From Chthoniobacterales bacterium (GTDB taxonomy: Bacteria; Verrucomicrobiota; Verrucomicrobiia; Chthoniobacterales; Chthoniobacteraceae), in NCBI GenBank assembly GCA_038207335.1, contig JBBQZX010000003.1, positions 64,001 to 128,000 of the forward strand: a DNA stretch of 64,000 bases, given 5' to 3'. The translations under genes were made by a program, and so were the position numbers. Within the stretch, counting starts at the first letter, position 1. Each line of letters begins with the position of its first letter. Shown piece after piece: positions 20,930 through 31,599 of the stretch. A model generated the notes under the pieces. It was given only the letters and a program-made list of their open reading frames with translations, did no database searches and was not told the DNA's origin.

Positions 20930-23900
20930 CTACAGCCTGCGGCGGCGGAGGCCGAGGAGCGCGGCGGCGGCGGAGAGGGCGAGGATGCCGCTTGCCGGCT
21001 CGGGGATGGCTCGCAGCGCGACGTCATTTCCGCCGGTGAATGAACCAGAGGTGTTGTCGGCGAAATAGCTGATGCGAAACTGCTGGGCACCGACGGTGAA
21101 GAGCGAATTGTCCGCCATGCCGTTGAAGGTGCCGGAGATCGCGTCGGTGCCGTCGTTGATGATGAGAAAAAAGAGGTCACCGCCTTGGATTCCGGTGCCG
21201 AGCGTGAGGGTGAGCTTCGCGCTGGAAAGGGAGACCGTGCCGGTATTCGCGAGGTCGCCGCCGGTGCCGACGATCACCTGATCGTAATCCACGCCCGGCA
21301 GCGGCGTGAGCGCGCCACCGTGGCTCAGGTCCATGGCGAGCGTGGAGAATTGCGTCGAGAGCGAGAGATTTCCACCTACCGAGAAGGTCCCCGTCGTATC
21401 GCCGGGCGAGAACGTCGAGCCAGGACTGAAGGCGAGCGCACCGCCGACACCGCCATTACCGCCGAGAGAGCCCGATGTGACACGTGTGATGGCCGTTGAG
21501 GTGCCGGGCCCATTGATCGTGAGTTTCCCGGAACCGGTCTTCGTGAGCGCGAAGTTGCCGGTGATTCCGCCTTGCAGGATGACTTCGGTCGTGACGTTTA
21601 GGATCGCCTGCCCATTCGGATTGTCGCCGAGATCGCCGGTGAAATCCGCGGGGCCGTTGAACTTCACTTTGTATCCGCTCGACTGGGTAAAGGTCAGCGT
21701 CTGGTTCTGCTGATTGCCGATCACCGTCGGCGATGGCACCGCCATGGCGAACGAGTTGAACTCCACCGTGTTGTTCACGTTCACACCGCTGGCGCGATTC
21801 ACGTCGATGGTCGCGTCGCCGCTGAAGACCGAGACGTCGTTGTCATACACGAGCGTGCCATTGCTCGCCGTGCCATTGTCGCGGATGCGCAAAATCGCAG
21901 GGTTCACGTTCGCGGGGTCGCCGCCGTTTAGGTCGAGTTCCGCCGAGCCAAGCACGCTTCCGACGCCGGTGGTCGATTGTGCGACGACGATTTGCGCCGC
22001 GTCGATTTGGAGAATTCCCGAGAAGGTGTTCGTGTTATTGGTCAGGTTCAGTGAGCTGTTCGGGGTGCCGACCTGTGGATTGTTTCCACGCACCGTGAGC
22101 TTCCCCGAGCCGGTGAGCTTTCCGCTGATCGTCACTGGCAGCGAATTCGTCGGCACTGCGTAATCTTCAAGCGCAACCTTCGAGCTCGAGAGCACATCCA
22201 CCTGCCCGGAAAAGACGGTGCTGGATGAATTGCGCGTGCCGAGTTCACCGCCGCGGAGGATGACGTGATTGGTAATCGTATTCGAGCCGCCGCCCGCGAG
22301 GAGACCGCCGCCGCGCACGGTGACTGTGCCAGAGCCGAGAGCATTAGCGACGCCCGCTCCGACCTCGACTGTGCCGCCGTAAATCACCCAGTCGGAGCTG
22401 AGCGTGCTCTGCGCGGCAGTCAGCCGAACCGCGCCGAAGCCGCTGACGTCGATCTCGCCACCACCATTCGGATTCGTGATGGAGTTCGCGCGCCCTATTG
22501 TGAGCGTCGCGTTGTTGCGCACCGCCAGCCCGCCGCCGTTGGGCGTCACCTCAATTGTCCGCGTTTTCGTCCCGGTATCATTGAAAGTTATGTCTCCGCT
22601 GGCGTGCGTGAACTCCAGCGTGGCACCGAATGGGTAGCTAAATGCTTGGTCTAAAATGATTTTCTGGTTCACCGCGCCCAGCGCTGTGTCGGTCTCCGCC
22701 TGCACGACGCCGCCTTGGATCTTAATTCCCCCGGTCGCGCTGCTCGACGCACCGGTCGCGAAGATGAGCGAGTTATCGCCCGTTTTTACCAACTGCCCCG
22801 CCCCCGAGATTCCGGTGATCGTGAAATCCGCGTCCGTCTGGATCGTCGCGGTACCGGCGAGCGCCACCGCACCGCCGAGCGTCTGCGGATTTTGCGTGAT
22901 ATTCAAGAGCGCCCCGCCGCTGATCGTCATCGCGCCCACCCCGAGCGCACCGTCCGCCTGCGACTCTACCGTGCCGCCGGTGATCGTCCGTGAGCTGAAG
23001 CTGTTCGGACTCGTGAGCACAAGAGTCCCACCGCCCGATTTCGTGAGCGCACCCGCGATCCTCCCAGCCCCGCCGATCTGGTAAGTGCCGGTCGAGTTGC
23101 TCACCACCAGCGCCGTCGTCGCCACGTTCGAGGGCACGGCGATGTTTGCAAAACTGCCCGTGGGATTCTGACTGAAAGTCACCGTGTCGTTCGTGCTGAA
23201 CGCCGTGGGATTTCCACCGAGCAAAAAGTAATTCCCGCCCGCAGTGCTGAGCACCCCATCCGGCGCACCGCCGACCCCGTGGCTCGCGTTGTAGATGATG
23301 TTTCGCCCCGCGCCCGCTGCTGTGAACGAAAAATTGTCGATCGCCGTCTGCGCGTCAGGGCTCGGCGTCGCATCGTTCGTGTCCGCCCAGCGGAGGTAAA
23401 ATGTGCCGTTGTTCGCGACCGGAGTGCCAAAGGTGTAGCTCACCGTCACCGTCTGCCGGTTCGCCGCCGCGTTTCCGTCGAGATCGCTCTGCGCCGCGAA
23501 GTAGGTCCTCGTCGGCTGGAGCGCGCCAGTGTTTGCGAAAGTCGAGGCGTTCGTGCTGACGTAGAGCAAATACCCGGAATCCGCCACCCCCGCCGAGTTG
23601 CCCGACCTCCACCACTCCGTGTCGTACGACACGCTGAAGCTGATTAGCGGCGCACCCGTCGTGTTCTTGATCGCCAGATCGATCACCGGATCGAACCCCG
23701 TGTTACCCGTCCCAAGCGCCCGGTCACTGATCGCATTCGTCCCCGCTTCGCCATTGTTGAAAAGCAGCGTCCCAGGACTCACGATCCCCACCGAGCCGGT
23801 GCTCACCGTCAGCGGGCCATTGCCGGTCTGAACAGGCGTCGTCGCGGCCTGGTCGTGCGCGATCGTCCCCACGAACCACGGGCTCGTCCCGTTGTCCGTC

Positions 23901-24109
23901 GCATTCCCCGTCAGCGTGCTCGTGCTCGTGCCGCCCGTGCCGAGCAGATCGAAATTCTCGAAGATCGACCCGCCGCTGTAGATCAGCGTCCCGGCGAAAA
24001 GCTGCGGCAGAGTTCCTGCAATTGCGCCCATCAGGATCGCCGCGCCTGCGAGGTGCTTGCGATACTGGCGCTTGTTCAGGAGATCGGAGAAAGTGGGGAT
24101 CTTTTTCAT
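20930..24109 (-). CDS. PEP-CTERM surface protein with autotransporter-associated beta-strand repeats
   Basis: Repeats LTKSGGGTLVL, LVKTGDNSL, LTKTGSGKLTI; C-terminus IPEPASGILALSAAAALLGLRRRRL. Start taken at MKKIPT. Confidence 0.88.
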   Translation of the reverse strand: MKKIPTFSDLLNKRQYRKHLAGAAILMGAIAGTLPQLFAGTLIYSGGSIFENFDLLGTGGTSTSTLTGNATDNGTSPWFVGTIAHDQAATTPVQTGNGPLTVSTGSVGIVSPGTLLFNNGEAGTNAISDRALGTGNTGFDPVIDLAIKNTTGAPLISFSVSYDTEWWRSGNSAGVADSGYLLYVSTNASTFANTGALQPTRTYFAAQSDLDGNAAANRQTVTVSYTFGTPVANNGTFYLRWADTNDATPSPDAQTAIDNFSFTAAGAGRNIIYNASHGVGGAPDGVLSTAGGNYFLLGGNPTAFSTNDTVTFSQNPTGSFANIAVPSNVATTALVVSNSTGTYQIGGAGRIAGALTKSGGGTLVLTSPNSFSSRTITGGTVESQADGALGVGAMTISGGALLNITQNPQTLGGAVALAGTATIQTDADFTITGISGAGQLVKTGDNSLIFATGASSSATGGIKIQGGVVQAETDTALGAVNQKIILDQAFSYPFGATLEFTHASGDITFNDTGTKTRTIEVTPNGGGLAVRNNATLTIGRANSITNPNGGGEIDVSGFGAVRLTAAQSTLSSDWVIYGGTVEVGAGVANALGSGTVTVRGGGLLAGGGSNTITNHVILRGGELGTRNSSSTVFSGQVDVLSSSKVALEDYAVPTNSLPVTISGKLTGSGKLTVRGNNPQVGTPNSSLNLTNNTNTFSGILQIDAAQIVVAQSTTGVGSVLGSAELDLNGGDPANVNPAILRIRDNGTASNGTLVYDNDVSVFSGDATIDVNRASGVNVNNTVEFNSFAMAVPSPTVIGNQQNQTLTFTQSSGYKVKFNGPADFTGDLGDNPNGQAILNVTTEVILQGGITGNFALTKTGSGKLTINGPGTSTAITRVTSGSLGGNGGVGGALAFSPGSTFSPGDTTGTFSVGGNLSLSTQFSTLAMDLSHGGALTPLPGVDYDQVIVGTGGDLANTGTVSLSSAKLTLTLGTGIQGGDLFFLIINDGTDAISGTFNGMADNSLFTVGAQQFRISYFADNTSGSFTGGNDVALRAIPEPASGILALSAAAALLGLRRRRL

Positions 24110-24211
24110 AGAAGGACTGGCCCGATTGTAACTGAGCATGTCCCCGCGCGAATTCACGCTGAAATTGTTATCAAATCGCTTTCTTTCCACAGCTTCACTC
24201 ATGCTTGCGCC

Positions 24212-25102
24212 GTGTTGCTTCGCCGGTTCGAATCGCTCCTTCACACACTTCAGCTCTACGGTGCCGCCGGCATCGTCGCCTTTGGTTGGGCCATGTGTGT
24301 GCTTTGCGGCTGGGACGCCCTCCCGTGGATGCCCCTCTGGTTCTGCTCCGCGCTCCTCGTTTACAACATCGACCGCCTCCGCCGCGACCCCGCCGATGCG
24401 CACAACACCCCCCTCCGCGCCGCCTCCGCCGAGCGCCTCCGCAGCGTCAGCAAAACTCTCGCCACCCTCGCCGCCCTCGTACTCATCGCGCTGCCGGTGT
24501 GGCGGCGTGACTGGCTCACGCTCGGGCTCGTGCTCGGCGGGGCGTTTGTGAGCGTCCAGTATTCCGTCCCGCTGCTCGGGTTGCGGTTAAAGGACGTGCC
24601 TTTCCTGAAGAGCTTCATCGCCCCGAGCATGGTCGCCGCCGCGGTCTTCGGGTTGCCTTGGCTTCATGCAGGTGGACGCCCCGGCGCTCTGCTGGCGGTG
24701 GTTTGGGCGTGGAGCTATCTGGAATTCAATATGATCCTCTGCGACCTCCGCGACATCGACGGCGACCGCCAGCACGGCGTCGCCAGCCTTCCCGTCCGGC
24801 TCGGCGTGAGCGGCACCCGCTGGGTGCTCTTCGGGCTCGTTATCGCTACTGTCATCGTGGCCGCGATCAACACGTACCTCACGTTGGGATCGACCCCCAC
24901 GGAGCTTTGCCGCGGCACCACTTGGCTGCTCTTCTCCCTCCTCATTCCCACCCTCGCGCTGCGCCTCCTTTTCGCATCCTACCGCCCGCAGACAGAGCAA
25001 TTCTACGAGCGATACGTGGAGGGCCTTCTCTTCCTCCCGGCCTTCGTCGTTGGTCTGACGTATGGCATGTTCTCCCTCACGGCTTTCACCCAATCTCACT
25101 AG
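24212..25102 (+). CDS. UbiA-family prenyltransferase-like membrane protein
   Basis: VYNIDR, YSVP..RLKDVPFLK, NMILCDLRDIDGD..GVASLP. Start is uncertain (GTG 24212). Confidence 0.75.
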   Translation: MLLRRFESLLHTLQLYGAAGIVAFGWAMCVLCGWDALPWMPLWFCSALLVYNIDRLRRDPADAHNTPLRAASAERLRSVSKTLATLAALVLIALPVWRRDWLTLGLVLGGAFVSVQYSVPLLGLRLKDVPFLKSFIAPSMVAAAVFGLPWLHAGGRPGALLAVVWAWSYLEFNMILCDLRDIDGDRQHGVASLPVRLGVSGTRWVLFGLVIATVIVAAINTYLTLGSTPTELCRGTTWLLFSLLIPTLALRLLFASYRPQTEQFYERYVEGLLFLPAFVVGLTYGMFSLTAFTQSH

Positions 25103-25105
25103 CCC

Positions 25106-26581
25106 ATGCACGACTCCTTCACCGCCTTCCTCACTGCCCTCGAGCGCGCGGGCGAGCTCATCCGCGTCTCGCAGCCTGTTGCCACGGAACTCGAGATCAC
25201 CGAGTGGGCGGACCGCGAGATGAAGAGCGCCGGCGGCGGCAAGGCCCTGCTCTTCGAGAAGCCCACCGTCGCGGGCGTCGTGTCCCCTTTTCCTGTGGCC
25301 ATCAATACCATGGGCTCGGAGCGGCGCATGGCCATCGCGCTCGGCCTCGGCTCGGTGCAGGAGCTCGCCGACCGAATGCAGCTTCTTTTGAAAGCCAAGC
25401 CTCCGACCGATTTGCGCTCGGCGTGGGACTTGGCGCTTCAGGGGCTCGGGCTGCTTCATGCGAAGCCGAAGCACGTCAAGACCGGGCCGTGCAAGGAGGT
25501 CGTCCACCTTTTCGGCGAAAATAGCGCGCCGAGCGCCGAATCCCCCACTCTCCTCGACCTGCCCATCCTCAAGTGCTGGCCGCAGGACGGCGGGCGCTTC
25601 ATCACGCTTCCGGGCGTTCACACCCGCGACCCCGACACCGGCGAGCGCAATCTCGGCATGTACCGCATGCAAGTCCTCAGCCCACAGACCACCGGCATGC
25701 ACTGGCAGGTCCACAAAGTCGGCGCCCGCCACGGCAAACGCTACTACGAGCGCGGCGAGCGCATGCCCGTCGCAGTCACCCTCGGCGGCGACCCCGCCTA
25801 CACCTTCGCTGCCACCGCGCCCCTCCCCGACGGGCTCGATGAAATCCTCTTCGCCGGCTACATCCGCGGCAAAGGCGTCCCCCTCGTCCGCTGCGAGACC
25901 ATCGACCTCGAAGTCCCCGCCGACGCCGACTTCGTCCTTGAGGGCTACGTCCAGCCCGACGAGACCGCCCCCGAGGGCCCCTTCGGCGACCACACCGGCT
26001 TCTACACGCCTGTCGATGACTACCCCGTCTTCCACCTCACCGCCATCACGCATCGCAAAGACGCCATCTACCCGGCCACCATCGTCGGCATCCCGCCCAT
26101 GGAGGACTTCTACATCGGCGACGCCTCCCTGCGCATCCTCCTGCCCGTGTTTAAAATGACCTTCCCCGAGGTCATCGACATCGCCCTCCCGCCCGAAGGC
26201 GTCTTCCACAACCTCCTCTTCGTCTCCATCCGCAAACAATACCCCTGGCAGGCCTACAAAATCATGCACGGCCTCTGGGGCATGGGCCAGATGATGTTCA
26301 CCAAATACATCATCGTCGTCGATGAGGACTGCGACGTGCGCGACACCAGCGCCGTCCTCTTCCGCCTCTGCGCCAACACCGATCCGCAGCGCGACAGCAC
26401 CTTCATCAAGAACCCCACTGACGCCCTCGACCACGCGCAGACCACCGCGTGCATGGGCAGCCACATGGGCATCGACGCCACCCGCAAGCTGCCGGGAGAA
26501 GGTCACACCCGTCCCTGGCCCGAGCTTCTCAAGATGGACCCGGTCATCAAGGCCCGCATCGACGGCCTTCGCGGCTCCTGA
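25106..26581 (+). CDS. ubiD: UbiD-family (menaquinone-type) decarboxylase
   Basis: WPQDGGRFITL, NLGMYRMQ, EGPFGDHTGFY, VGIPPMED, GIDATRK. Confidence 0.9.
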   Translation: MHDSFTAFLTALERAGELIRVSQPVATELEITEWADREMKSAGGGKALLFEKPTVAGVVSPFPVAINTMGSERRMAIALGLGSVQELADRMQLLLKAKPPTDLRSAWDLALQGLGLLHAKPKHVKTGPCKEVVHLFGENSAPSAESPTLLDLPILKCWPQDGGRFITLPGVHTRDPDTGERNLGMYRMQVLSPQTTGMHWQVHKVGARHGKRYYERGERMPVAVTLGGDPAYTFAATAPLPDGLDEILFAGYIRGKGVPLVRCETIDLEVPADADFVLEGYVQPDETAPEGPFGDHTGFYTPVDDYPVFHLTAITHRKDAIYPATIVGIPPMEDFYIGDASLRILLPVFKMTFPEVIDIALPPEGVFHNLLFVSIRKQYPWQAYKIMHGLWGMGQMMFTKYIIVVDEDCDVRDTSAVLFRLCANTDPQRDSTFIKNPTDALDHAQTTACMGSHMGIDATRKLPGEGHTRPWPELLKMDPVIKARIDGLRGS

Positions 26582-26681
26582 TCTTTGGAAAAGTCGCGCC
26601 AGCGAGCCACTCGCCCGCATCGCTCATTTTACCAGCCTTCGCGGTTGATTTCCCAAAATTCGCCCGATACAATCCGCGCCC

Positions 26682-27218
26682 ATGAAACTGGTGCGCTGGA
26701 GGCGCTTCACTTGGGAACTCTCGAAGCTCCCGCCGCTCGATAACCCGCTCCCGGGTCGATACCACGTCCGCACCGCTGAGCGCGCGGAGGAACGCGCCGT
26801 TTCCAATGTCATCCTCACCGCCTTCGCGCTCGACTCCGCTTGGAGCGATGCGCTCAAGAGCTTCAGCCAGCCTCTCCAGTCGCAGATCGAGGCCGCATTT
26901 TCTCGTGAAGATTCGGACGTCGTCGTCATCTGCCACGGCCAACGGATCATCGCCGCATCGGCCCTCGCGACCGGCACTGACGCGCCGAACAACCTGCTCT
27001 CCGGCCCCTGTGTCTCGATGGAATATCAGAACCGCGGGCTCGGCACCGCGCTTCTCTGGCACTCGCTCACGCATCTTTGCAACAGCGGCCTCTCCCGCGC
27101 TGCAGGTGTCGTGAAAGACAACGTCATCGCCGGCAAATTCCTCTACCAGAAATTCAACTCCACGAGCGCCGACTGCGAACTCGCCGACGCTTTTCTGCCC
27201 GTGCTGACGCGCGCATGA
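26682..27218 (+). CDS. GNAT-family N-acetyltransferase
   Basis: [13 protein letters not shown] acetyl-CoA motif, FLYQKF. ATGA overlap with the next gene. Confidence 0.75.
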   Translation: MKLVRWRRFTWELSKLPPLDNPLPGRYHVRTAERAEERAVSNVILTAFALDSAWSDALKSFSQPLQSQIEAAFSREDSDVVVICHGQRIIAASALATGTDAPNNLLSGPCVSMEYQNRGLGTALLWHSLTHLCNSGLSRAAGVVKDNVIAGKFLYQKFNSTSADCELADAFLPVLTRA

Positions 27219-28672
27219 GCGACTCCTTCCGCGGATACGACGTCGGCGACTTCTACGACGAAATGTTCGCGGCTCCAGGCAGCCCGCGCCCCCATTACCG
27301 CAACCTTCTCCGGCGCTTCGAGGAACTCACCGACGCCGAGCTCGCGCGCAAGCACCGTCTCGCGTCGCAGACATTCCTGAACCAGGGAATTACCTTCACC
27401 GTCTATAACGACAACCAAGGTACCGAGCGCATTTTTCCCTTCGACCCCATCCCGCGTATCATCCCGCGGCACGAGTGGGACCACGTCGAGCGCGGCCTCA
27501 CCCAGCGCATCGTCGCGCTGAATCTTTTCCTCCACGACCTCTACCACGAGCAGCGCATCGTAAAGGAAGGCATCGTCCCGCGCGAAGTCATCGAGAGTGC
27601 CAAACACTTTCGCCCCGAATTCATGGGCGTCGATGTGCCAAAGGACATCTACATCCACATCTGCGGCAGCGACCTTATCCGCGACCGCGACGGGCAATAT
27701 CTCGTGCTCGAGGACAACGGCCGCTGCCCCTCAGGCGTCAGCTACGTCCTCGCAAATCGCCAGGTCATGAAGCGCGTCTTTCCACGCCTTTTCAGCCAGC
27801 ACAAAGTCCTCCCCGTCGATCACTACGGCCAGGAACTCAAGAACCTCCTCAACTTCGTCGCCCCGAAAAACTGCCCCGACCCGGCCCATCCCACCGTCGT
27901 CCTCCTCACCCCGGGCATCTACAATTCAGCCTACTTCGAGCATTCCTTCCTCGCCGGCGCCATGGGTATCGAGATCGTTGTCGGCCAAGACCTCATCGTG
28001 AAAGACCGCGTCGTCTTCATGAAAACCACGAAGGGCCTCAAGCGCGTCGATGTCATCTACCGCCGCATCGACGACGACTTCCTCGACCCCACCGTCTTCC
28101 GCCCCGACTCCTGCCTGGGCGTCCCCGGCCTCATCGACGCCTACCGCGCGGGCAACGTGAACCTCGCCAACGCCGTCGGCACCGGGGTCGCCGACGACAA
28201 AGTCACCTACTACTTCGTCCCGGCCATGATCCGCTTTTACCTCGGCGAAGAGCCCATCCTACCAAACGTCGAGACCTACCTCACCATGTTTGAAAAGGAC
28301 CGCCAATACGTCCTCGATCACATCCCGGAGCTCGTCATCAAAAGCGCGAACGAAAGCGGCGGCTACGGAATGCTCATCGGCCCACACGCCACAAAAGAAG
28401 AGCACGAGAAATTCCGCCAGGCCATTATCGCCGACCCGCGCAACTACGTCGCTCAGCCCACCATCTCCCTCTCCCGCAGCCCAAGCTGCTGCGACGGTGG
28501 CACCATCGAGGGCCGCCATATCGACCTGCGCCCCTACATCCTCTACGGCGAGAAAATCACCATCATCCCTGGCGGCCTCACCCGTGTGGCATTGAAAAAA
28601 GGCTCCCTCGTCGTCAACAGCTCCCAAGGCGGCGGCAGCAAAGACTCTTGGGTCGTCGAAGACGAAGCCTGA
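27215..28672 (+). CDS. Circularly permuted type 2 ATP-grasp protein
   Basis: [66 protein letters not shown]. Confidence 0.93.
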   Translation: MSDSFRGYDVGDFYDEMFAAPGSPRPHYRNLLRRFEELTDAELARKHRLASQTFLNQGITFTVYNDNQGTERIFPFDPIPRIIPRHEWDHVERGLTQRIVALNLFLHDLYHEQRIVKEGIVPREVIESAKHFRPEFMGVDVPKDIYIHICGSDLIRDRDGQYLVLEDNGRCPSGVSYVLANRQVMKRVFPRLFSQHKVLPVDHYGQELKNLLNFVAPKNCPDPAHPTVVLLTPGIYNSAYFEHSFLAGAMGIEIVVGQDLIVKDRVVFMKTTKGLKRVDVIYRRIDDDFLDPTVFRPDSCLGVPGLIDAYRAGNVNLANAVGTGVADDKVTYYFVPAMIRFYLGEEPILPNVETYLTMFEKDRQYVLDHIPELVIKSANESGGYGMLIGPHATKEEHEKFRQAIIADPRNYVAQPTISLSRSPSCCDGGTIEGRHIDLRPYILYGEKITIIPGGLTRVALKKGSLVVNSSQGGGSKDSWVVEDEA

Positions 28673-28677
28673 CCGCC

Positions 28678-29664
28678 ATGTTGAGCCGCGTCGCCGACTC
28701 CCTTTACTGGCTCGCCCGATACGTCGAGCGCGCGGAAAACAACGCCCGCATCCTCGACGTCAACCTCCAGGTCACCCTCGACTCCGAGCACGGCGGCGAC
28801 CGCGACCAGAGCCTCGACTGGCAGCCAATCCTCGCCTCGCTCGAAGACAACGAAGCCTTCAAAAAGCACCACACCGTCGTCAACGCCGAGAACGTCTGCG
28901 ACTTCGTCACCTTCTCCCCTGAGAACCCCAACTCCATCCTCTCCTGCGTTGCCCGCGCGCGGGAAAACGCCCGCACCGTCCGCGAATACATCTCCACCGA
29001 AATGTGGGAGCGCATCAACGCCCTCTACCTCTGGCTGAATCTCCCCGACGCCCGCCAGCTCGCCACCGGCAGTGCTATCGACCTCTACCGTCAAATCGTT
29101 GATCGCACCCACGGCATCCACGGCAGCACCGACGCCACGCTCACCCAGAACGAAGGCTGGCACTTCATCCAGACCGGCAAATACCTCGAGCGCGCCGACT
29201 CCGCCTCCCGCATCCTGGATTTGAAATATCACATCCTCCTGCCCCACGGAGAGCGCGTCGGCGGCACCGTCGATACCGTCCAGTGGCAGGCCGTCTTGAA
29301 AAGTTGCAGCGCCTTCGAGGCCTACCGCAAACTCCACCCCGGCCAAGTGACCCCCTGGAGCGTCGCCGAATTCATCATCCTCCACGACAAATTCCCCCGT
29401 GCGATCCGCTTCTGCGTCGATCGGCTCGATGAAGCCCTCCATTGCATCAGCGGCTGCGACCGCGCCCATTTTTCCAATGACACCGAGCGCCTCTCCGGCC
29501 GGCTCCTCTCCGACCTGCACTACACCGTCATCGACGACGTCTTCCGCTGCGGCCTCCACCAGTATCTCGACAGCATCCAGAACCGGCTGAACGAAATCGC
29601 CGCCGCCCTCCTCGAGCAATACTGCGCCTGGCGCGAGCCCGAGCCCGTCACCGAGCCCGCCTAG
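28678..29664 (+). CDS. Alpha-E domain protein (DUF403)
   Basis: MLSRVADSLYWLARYVERAEN, ARENAR..RE.ISTEMWE, G.YLERAD. Confidence 0.92.
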   Translation: MLSRVADSLYWLARYVERAENNARILDVNLQVTLDSEHGGDRDQSLDWQPILASLEDNEAFKKHHTVVNAENVCDFVTFSPENPNSILSCVARARENARTVREYISTEMWERINALYLWLNLPDARQLATGSAIDLYRQIVDRTHGIHGSTDATLTQNEGWHFIQTGKYLERADSASRILDLKYHILLPHGERVGGTVDTVQWQAVLKSCSAFEAYRKLHPGQVTPWSVAEFIILHDKFPRAIRFCVDRLDEALHCISGCDRAHFSNDTERLSGRLLSDLHYTVIDDVFRCGLHQYLDSIQNRLNEIAAALLEQYCAWREPEPVTEPA

Positions 29665-29775
29665 CACGGCGCCCCTTTCTGCCCTCATCTTTCTTCTCGG
29701 GAAGATCACCTCTCTCTCCGGAACGCGGGCACGAGAGCCTGATTTGCTGCAATTTTCACCCCAATCCAACCCCGT

Positions 29776-30741
29776 ATGAAATCCTCTCTGATCCTTGCGT
29801 CGTTTGTTTTTGCCCGGTTGCTCTCCGCCGATGAGTCGGCGGCGCCAATGCCGGGGAAGGGGCTCGCCGAGCATGATTTTCTCTACGCGGGCGAGGCGAA
29901 GGAGCGCAAAGTTTTCATGGTGCGCGGGGGGAAGGCGGCGCTGATTTACGACGATCCGAGCGGGAAAGGGGAGATCAGCGATGCCGTGCGGCTCTCAAAT
30001 GGCACGATCCTACTGGCGCACCAATACGCGGTGAAGCTCGTGAACGCCGACGGAAAGGTCCTGTGGAATCTCGATGCGCCCGCGGGGACGGAGATCCACA
30101 CGGCCATGCCAATCGGGCTGGATCACGTGCTTTTCGTGCAAAATGGCGCGCCCGCGATGGCGAAGGTCGTGAACATCCGCACGGGGGAGATGCAGCTCGA
30201 ATTCGAGCTGCCGGTGAAGAATGCGAAGAGCACGCACGGGCAATTCCGCCACGCCCGACTGACTGCCGACGGGCGGCTCCTCGTGGCTCACATGGACATG
30301 GGGAAAGTCTGCGAATACGACGCGGCGGGGCACGAGTTGTGGACATTCGCCGCACCGGGAGTCTGGGGCGCGAATCCGCTCGAGAACGGCAATGTGCTCA
30401 TCACCAGCAGAAGCGGGGTGCAGGAGGTGAACCGTGCCGGGGAGGTCGTCTGGAGCTGGTCGCCGACCGATGCGCCGGAGCTGAAAATGACGAGCCTCCA
30501 GCTCGCGTGGCGCCTGCCGAATGGCAATACGCTCGTCAATAGCTGGGTGAACTCGTGGAGCAAACCCGACCCCGCCACGCCGCGCGAAGCGGCGACACAG
30601 GCCGCGGAGTTTCGCCCGGACAAGACCGTCGCGTGGGTCCTGCGCTCATGGAGCGATCCCGACCTCGGCCCCTCCACGACGATTCAGGCCCTCGACGAGC
30701 CCACCGCCCCGGAGGCGGTGAGCTTTGGCGGAATCAAGTAG
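29776..30741 (+). CDS. Secreted beta-propeller-like hypothetical protein
   Basis: Signal peptide; repeated RL.NGN.L / G.V.W motifs. Confidence 0.7.
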   Translation: MKSSLILASFVFARLLSADESAAPMPGKGLAEHDFLYAGEAKERKVFMVRGGKAALIYDDPSGKGEISDAVRLSNGTILLAHQYAVKLVNADGKVLWNLDAPAGTEIHTAMPIGLDHVLFVQNGAPAMAKVVNIRTGEMQLEFELPVKNAKSTHGQFRHARLTADGRLLVAHMDMGKVCEYDAAGHELWTFAAPGVWGANPLENGNVLITSRSGVQEVNRAGEVVWSWSPTDAPELKMTSLQLAWRLPNGNTLVNSWVNSWSKPDPATPREAATQAAEFRPDKTVAWVLRSWSDPDLGPSTTIQALDEPTAPEAVSFGGIK

Positions 30742-30756
30742 CCGGCCCGCGCCTGG

Positions 30757-31494
30757 CTATTTCGCTGCTTCGAGCGGGTGAATCTTGATATTGCGGAAGG
30801 AGACTTGGCCGTGGTCGCCCTGGAGGGCGATGAAGCCTTTAGGGGCTTTCGCAAAGCCGGACATCTTTGCGAATTTGCTCTTGGCGACGCGCTCGTTGAA
30901 GTCGTCGCTGCCGAGGACGTAGTCGAAGTATTTCACGCCGTTGATGACGTGCTCGCATTTCTCGGGGCTGAGGACGAGGCGGATGTGGTTCCACTGTCCG
31001 GCAGGCTTGGTGGCGTCGAGGGGCTTCTCGGTCTTCGGGTCGATAGGCGGCTGGTAGAGGGCGTAGAGCCAGCCGCAGCGCTGCGGGTCTCCCGCTTTCG
31101 CGTTGTCCTCGAGCTGGAATTCGGGGCCGGTGGCCCACGCCGCGCCGCCGTCGTCCGTCACGCGATACATGAGGCCGCTGTTGCCGCCCTCGGAGATGTT
31201 GTAGTCGAACTCGAGCTCGAACCACGCGAACTGGTCGGCGGTGACGATATCGCCCGCGTCGTGCGGATCGACGCAGGTGAGGGAGCCATCCTTGATCTGC
31301 CAGCCGGGGCGGACGCCTTCCTTCTTGAAATTGTGCCAGCCTGCGAAGCTGGTGCCGTCGAAAAGGAGCTTCCAGCCGGCGGCTTTCTCGGCGGCGGTGA
31401 GGGTATTGGCGGGCGCTTCGGCGGTGTCGGCGGCGTTGGCGAAGATCGCGGTGAATGCGAGGGTGGTGGTGCAGAGGAGGAGTGGGATTTTCAT
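30757..31494 (-). CDS. DUF1080 (3-keto-disaccharide hydrolase-like) protein
   Basis: GWKLLFDG, NSG, PEFQL.D, GQWN, GFIALQGDH...FRNIKI. Confidence 0.9.
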   Translation of the reverse strand: MKIPLLLCTTTLAFTAIFANAADTAEAPANTLTAAEKAAGWKLLFDGTSFAGWHNFKKEGVRPGWQIKDGSLTCVDPHDAGDIVTADQFAWFELEFDYNISEGGNSGLMYRVTDDGGAAWATGPEFQLEDNAKAGDPQRCGWLYALYQPPIDPKTEKPLDATKPAGQWNHIRLVLSPEKCEHVINGVKYFDYVLGSDDFNERVAKSKFAKMSGFAKAPKGFIALQGDHGQVSFRNIKIHPLEAAK

Positions 31495-31599
31495 GGGCAG
31501 GGGCGAGACGGTGCCAAAGCGCGCGTGTGCTGGCGAGCGTTGTGATTTTACAAAAAAGCAGCGTGACGAATGCTGCCGCGTGCGCGCTAAATCCCGCGC

